DNA of 64,000 bases from Hypanus sabinus (taxonomy: Eukaryota): NCBI RefSeq assembly GCF_030144855.1, contig NC_082709.1, forward strand, positions 108,810,001-108,874,000, written 5' to 3'. Under the pieces are notes generated by a model. That model made no database searches. It was given only the letters and a program-made list of their open reading frames with translations, and was not told the origin of the DNA. The position numbers and the translations under genes were made by a program. This document shows, one piece after another, positions 60,106 to 64,000 of the stretch. Each line of letters starts with the position of its first letter. The first letter of the stretch is position 1.

Positions 60106-63100
60106 GATATACAGAATAGTTACTGTTATAATCAAACAATGTCATTCTCTCAAGTATCTTTTTGTCTTTGTAATTGATTAATTGTTTTTTGTTCCATAGT
60201 TATATTAGCAATTGACAGATATGTACTACGATAAATTAATGTGTAAAAATCAGAAATCAATTCAATTTTAGAATAAATTCAATTCAAAAGTAGATGATCA
60301 TTAACAGTAATGAATAAACGAAGGGGTAAGTTTAGCATTCTCTCAAAGTAAAGCTTTTAATTTAAAAAATTGAAAATGAATATTTCCCACAGCGTGAATA
60401 TCATCATACTTCTCAGTACCTGGTCTTTTTACTTGCTCACTGTGAACCTGTTTACTTGGTAAACATTGCACATTACTTCAGAATCTTCTCCTGTAACACC
60501 TGATGAAATCTAGTTTGCCAAGAGATGGATTTTATTTGACGCCAAGGAATGAGGTACCGGCCGTCGGTCTGCAGCTGGAGACCAGGTCGGCAACCTGTGT
60601 TGGGTACCGTTTTGTGTTAATTACCATGTTTTCCTTCACAAATATGTAAAATTAAATTCAACTGGAACAGTCTTTCTCTGCAGTGACTTTCCAAATCTGC
60701 TAATAATTAATTTTTGAGTAGGTGAGTTAAAGGCTCCATGGATTAATAGAGTGTGTTCCAAGCCAGCGTCCAGCATCAGTGTGGAAATGTGTAGACTTGC
60801 TGCTGAAATTGGACTTGTAATTGTGAAATTGCAGCTTTAGCAAGTGTTACAAATTTGGGTAGTTTTTTTTGCAACTTTGCTGTTTGCTTCAATATTAGCT
60901 ATCAGCTACGAGCTACCATTAGAGGGTGAGAAATGTCAGAAGCAGGTTATGCCTTTGCCTGATAAGGCTACAGCGATTCAAAAACAAACGATGATTGTTT
61001 TGACTAACTGGAAACATTGATGTTGCTACATTCACTAAGGTATTGCATGGACTGCTCAATATCATTATAGCTTCCGTGTCATTTCTAATATCCTTGGAGG
61101 ATGTTACTCAGCGGAAATCTGCCCAACCTCCAGTGGATAATGAGAACATTCTTTTATGCTTGGAGGGCTTTGCCTTGGGCTTTCATTCAAAATCTTTGCC
61201 CTGAATGACTGTCAACCAATCTGCCTACAATTCTCAAGAATGTCGTAAACCAAGTTGTACGGTCCAAGAATACCTTGGTGGAGTTTGTATGGCAGTAAAA
61301 ACCCCATAATTATTACAGGATTTCTTATGTTATTGATAATTATTTGGACAGAAATAAATTTGGACAGAAATAAATTTATTTTCATTTATACATTTGATAG
61401 TATAAAATTAAATCCCAAAAGGATGAAAATAGTGAGTCTGTGCTTCAGATAAAGATTTCAAAGCTACCATTGTCCGTGGAGTAAATATAAATAAAAAGCA
61501 TTGTTGATCAATTCATGTAATTTTCATGAGTTTGACATCGTTTGCAAATGCGCTATTGTCTTTTGTGTGAAGCTTCTTAAGCTGATTGTTCAGTTTTTAA
61601 TATTATTTGATTTGATCGTGACAAATAACTTGAAAAAGTGGGTAATCAATGTAAGAATATTTTTGATTCACAGAGAAAACAAAATGTATTTGCAAATGTC
61701 ATTGTCGAACTCTGAAAATGACGTGATTTCATCAGCAATACTTCATGCTGGCATATCATTGACTAATCAAGTGCATTTTCTCAGAACCAGTTATAAAAAG
61801 AGTTCCTTCATCATCTGTGGCAGAAAACTTGGAACTTTGTCAACAGTGTTCACCCTGTTGTCACTGCAGATTAAATGATGTAAAATGTCAATGGTTTTTC
61901 ATGGAAAAGCATATGCATATAAATGTATTCAGCCACTCCGCTGCATTTTTACTGCTAATGCCATTTCATCCTGTGTGTAAATATCTTGGATAGTTGGTGT
62001 AGCTCTTCTTGTCTGGCATTCTGTGCCTTGTGAGAAGGCATGGGCACTCCCTGTAACTTCGGCAAGCCGTTGCAGGAAGTATCTATTTGCAGCAGCTTGA
62101 ACTCCAGCTTGCAGAGCTGGACTGGTAGTTTTAGTCACTGTGGTTGTGAATGGTGTGATTAAGGAAGTGGTGATTTTTTTGTAATGTAAGTACATAATTG
62201 CTGGACAGACTGAGCCGCCTGAGTCCATCCTCCTCTCAAACAGGATTTCTGTTTTGGATGCTGGTACGTCATGACACGTAGCCTGACATGGCACTGCAAG
62301 TAGCTCGGCTGCACATGAGGGGAGGAAAAAAGAGAGTCAAATAGTAAAACTGGTCAATTCAATAGTCTGGAGGAATAGGCATGGTAGGAGATGAAATGTT
62401 GCTTGAATTTTTAAAAAAACTGCAGCTGCTGGAAATCGGAAACATAAACAGCAGGTCCAGAGCTGTGAGATAAGCTTTCAAGAATGTGAGTGATGGCAGT
62501 GAGCCAGGCAGAACACGATGTGGAATTATTTAGATAAGAATAAGAGATTAGAGGCAGAAAGCATCGGTGGGAGTCGCCAAATAATATTGTAACAGGGAGA
62601 CACCAAACTGCAGGTACTAGAATCTGGAGCAACTTCCAAGAATTCAGAGTTTTGACTTTCTCCAACAGTTTGTTTTTAGCTTCAAGTAGTTTTGTAATAT
62701 TGGACAGAACTTAAATCGGAATATTAGAGATGCAGTGAACAGGCTAATATAGTATACAGAGTTTAATACACATTCAGATTGGATCGGTCAAATTAATTAT
62801 TATAAGATAGCAGAAAAGATTCGTATGAACAAAATGTTTTTTTTAATCTATATGTTTTGGAGCCAAATGGAGGAGGCTGCTGTGGATGTTGATTTTGGAA
62901 TTGAGAAAGGGTTAATTAATTATCTCAAAGTTCAAAATGAATTTATTCCCAAAGTATATATATGTCACCATACACTACCCTAAGATTCATCATCTTATAG
63001 GTATTCACATTAAGTACAAAGAAACACAATAGAAAGAATGAAAAACAGCATACGAGACAAAGAGCCAGTGTGCAACAAACAACAAAGTGAAAAAAACTCA

Positions 63101-63204
63101 AAAATAATGATAATCCAAATCAGGTTTTATTATCACCAGCATGTGTTATGAAACAATACATGACAAATATAGATTAAAAAACTGAATTACAGTAAATATG
63201 TATA

Positions 63205-64000
63205 CAATGGCATGCAAAACTTTGGCACCCTGGTCAAACTTTCTGTTACTGTGAATAGCTAAGCAAGTAAAATGTGACCTGATTTCCAAAAGGCATAAAG
63301 TTAAAGATGACATATTTCTTTAATAATTTAAGCAAGATTACTTTTTTATTTCCATCTTTGACAGTTTCAAAATAACAAAAAGGAAAAGGGCCTGAAGCAA
63401 AATTTTGGGCACCTTGCATGGTCACTACTTAGTAACACCCCCTTCGGCAAGTATCACAGCTTGCAAACGCCTTCTATAGCCAACTAAGAGTCTTTCAATT
63501 CTTGTTTGGGTGATTTTCGCCCATTCTTCTTTGCAAAAGGCGTCTAGTTCTGTGAGATTCTTAGGCCGTCTTACATGCATTGCTCTTTTGAGGTCTATTC
63601 ACAGATTTTCGATGATGTTTAGGTCAGGGGACTATGAGGGCCAAGGCAAAACCTTCAGCTTGCGCCTCTTGAGGTAGTCCAATGTGGATTTTGAGGTGTG
63701 TTTAGGATCATTATCCTGTTGCAGAAGCCATCCTCTTTTCATCTTCAGCTTTTTTACAGATGGTGTGATGTTTGCTTCCAGAATTTGCTGGTATTTAATT
63801 GAATTCATTCTTCCCTCTACCAGTGAAATGTTCCCCGTGCCACTAGCTGCAACACAAGCCCAAAGCATGACTGATTCACCCCCGTGCTTAACGGTTGGAG
63901 AGGTGTTCTTTTCATGAAATTCTGCACCCTTTTTTCTCTAAACATACCTCTGGTCATTGCAGCCAGAAAGTTCTATTTTAACTTCATCAGCCCACAGGAC
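63205..64000 (-). mobile_element. Tc1-like transposon, 3' half (transposase pseudogene), runs off the window
   Basis: TA + CAATGGCATGCAAAACTTTGG TIR; QQDNDPKHTSK..WPS*SPDLNIIENLW catalytic region with an in-frame stop. Confidence 0.93.

Overview
Vertebrate genomic DNA, most likely from a cartilaginous fish (inferred from the repeat families: CR1, V-SINE-like SINEs, Penelope-like hairpins, Rex/Babar). It carries the conserved NUFIP1-GPALPP1-GTF2F2 block. Three 5' coding exons of NUFIP1 lie on the minus strand and the gene continues off the left edge. A complete 8-exon GPALPP1 lies on the plus strand (13923-38199; 1089 nt CDS, 362 aa, all splice phases consistent). Coding exon 1 of GTF2F2 is at 47999-48064, and I could not find exon 2 in the window. 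Most of the rest is nested transposable elements, tandem repeats and a 161-N gap; nearly all long entries in the ORF track are TE remnants or repeat noise. I found no clearly new protein-coding system. The most interesting observations are: (i) minimal hammerhead-ribozyme motifs in two Penelope-like families, including small palindromic TSD-flanked derivatives and one compensatory stem-I change; (ii) a Tx1-like LINE splitting the NUFIP1/GPALPP1 bidirectional promoter, with a four-copy GGCGC-N9/10-CGTCATT motif spread over both halves; (iii) a GTF2F2 promoter/first exon squeezed into about 240 bp between two retroelements; (iv) a four-level SINE>L1>hAT>two solo-LTR nest.
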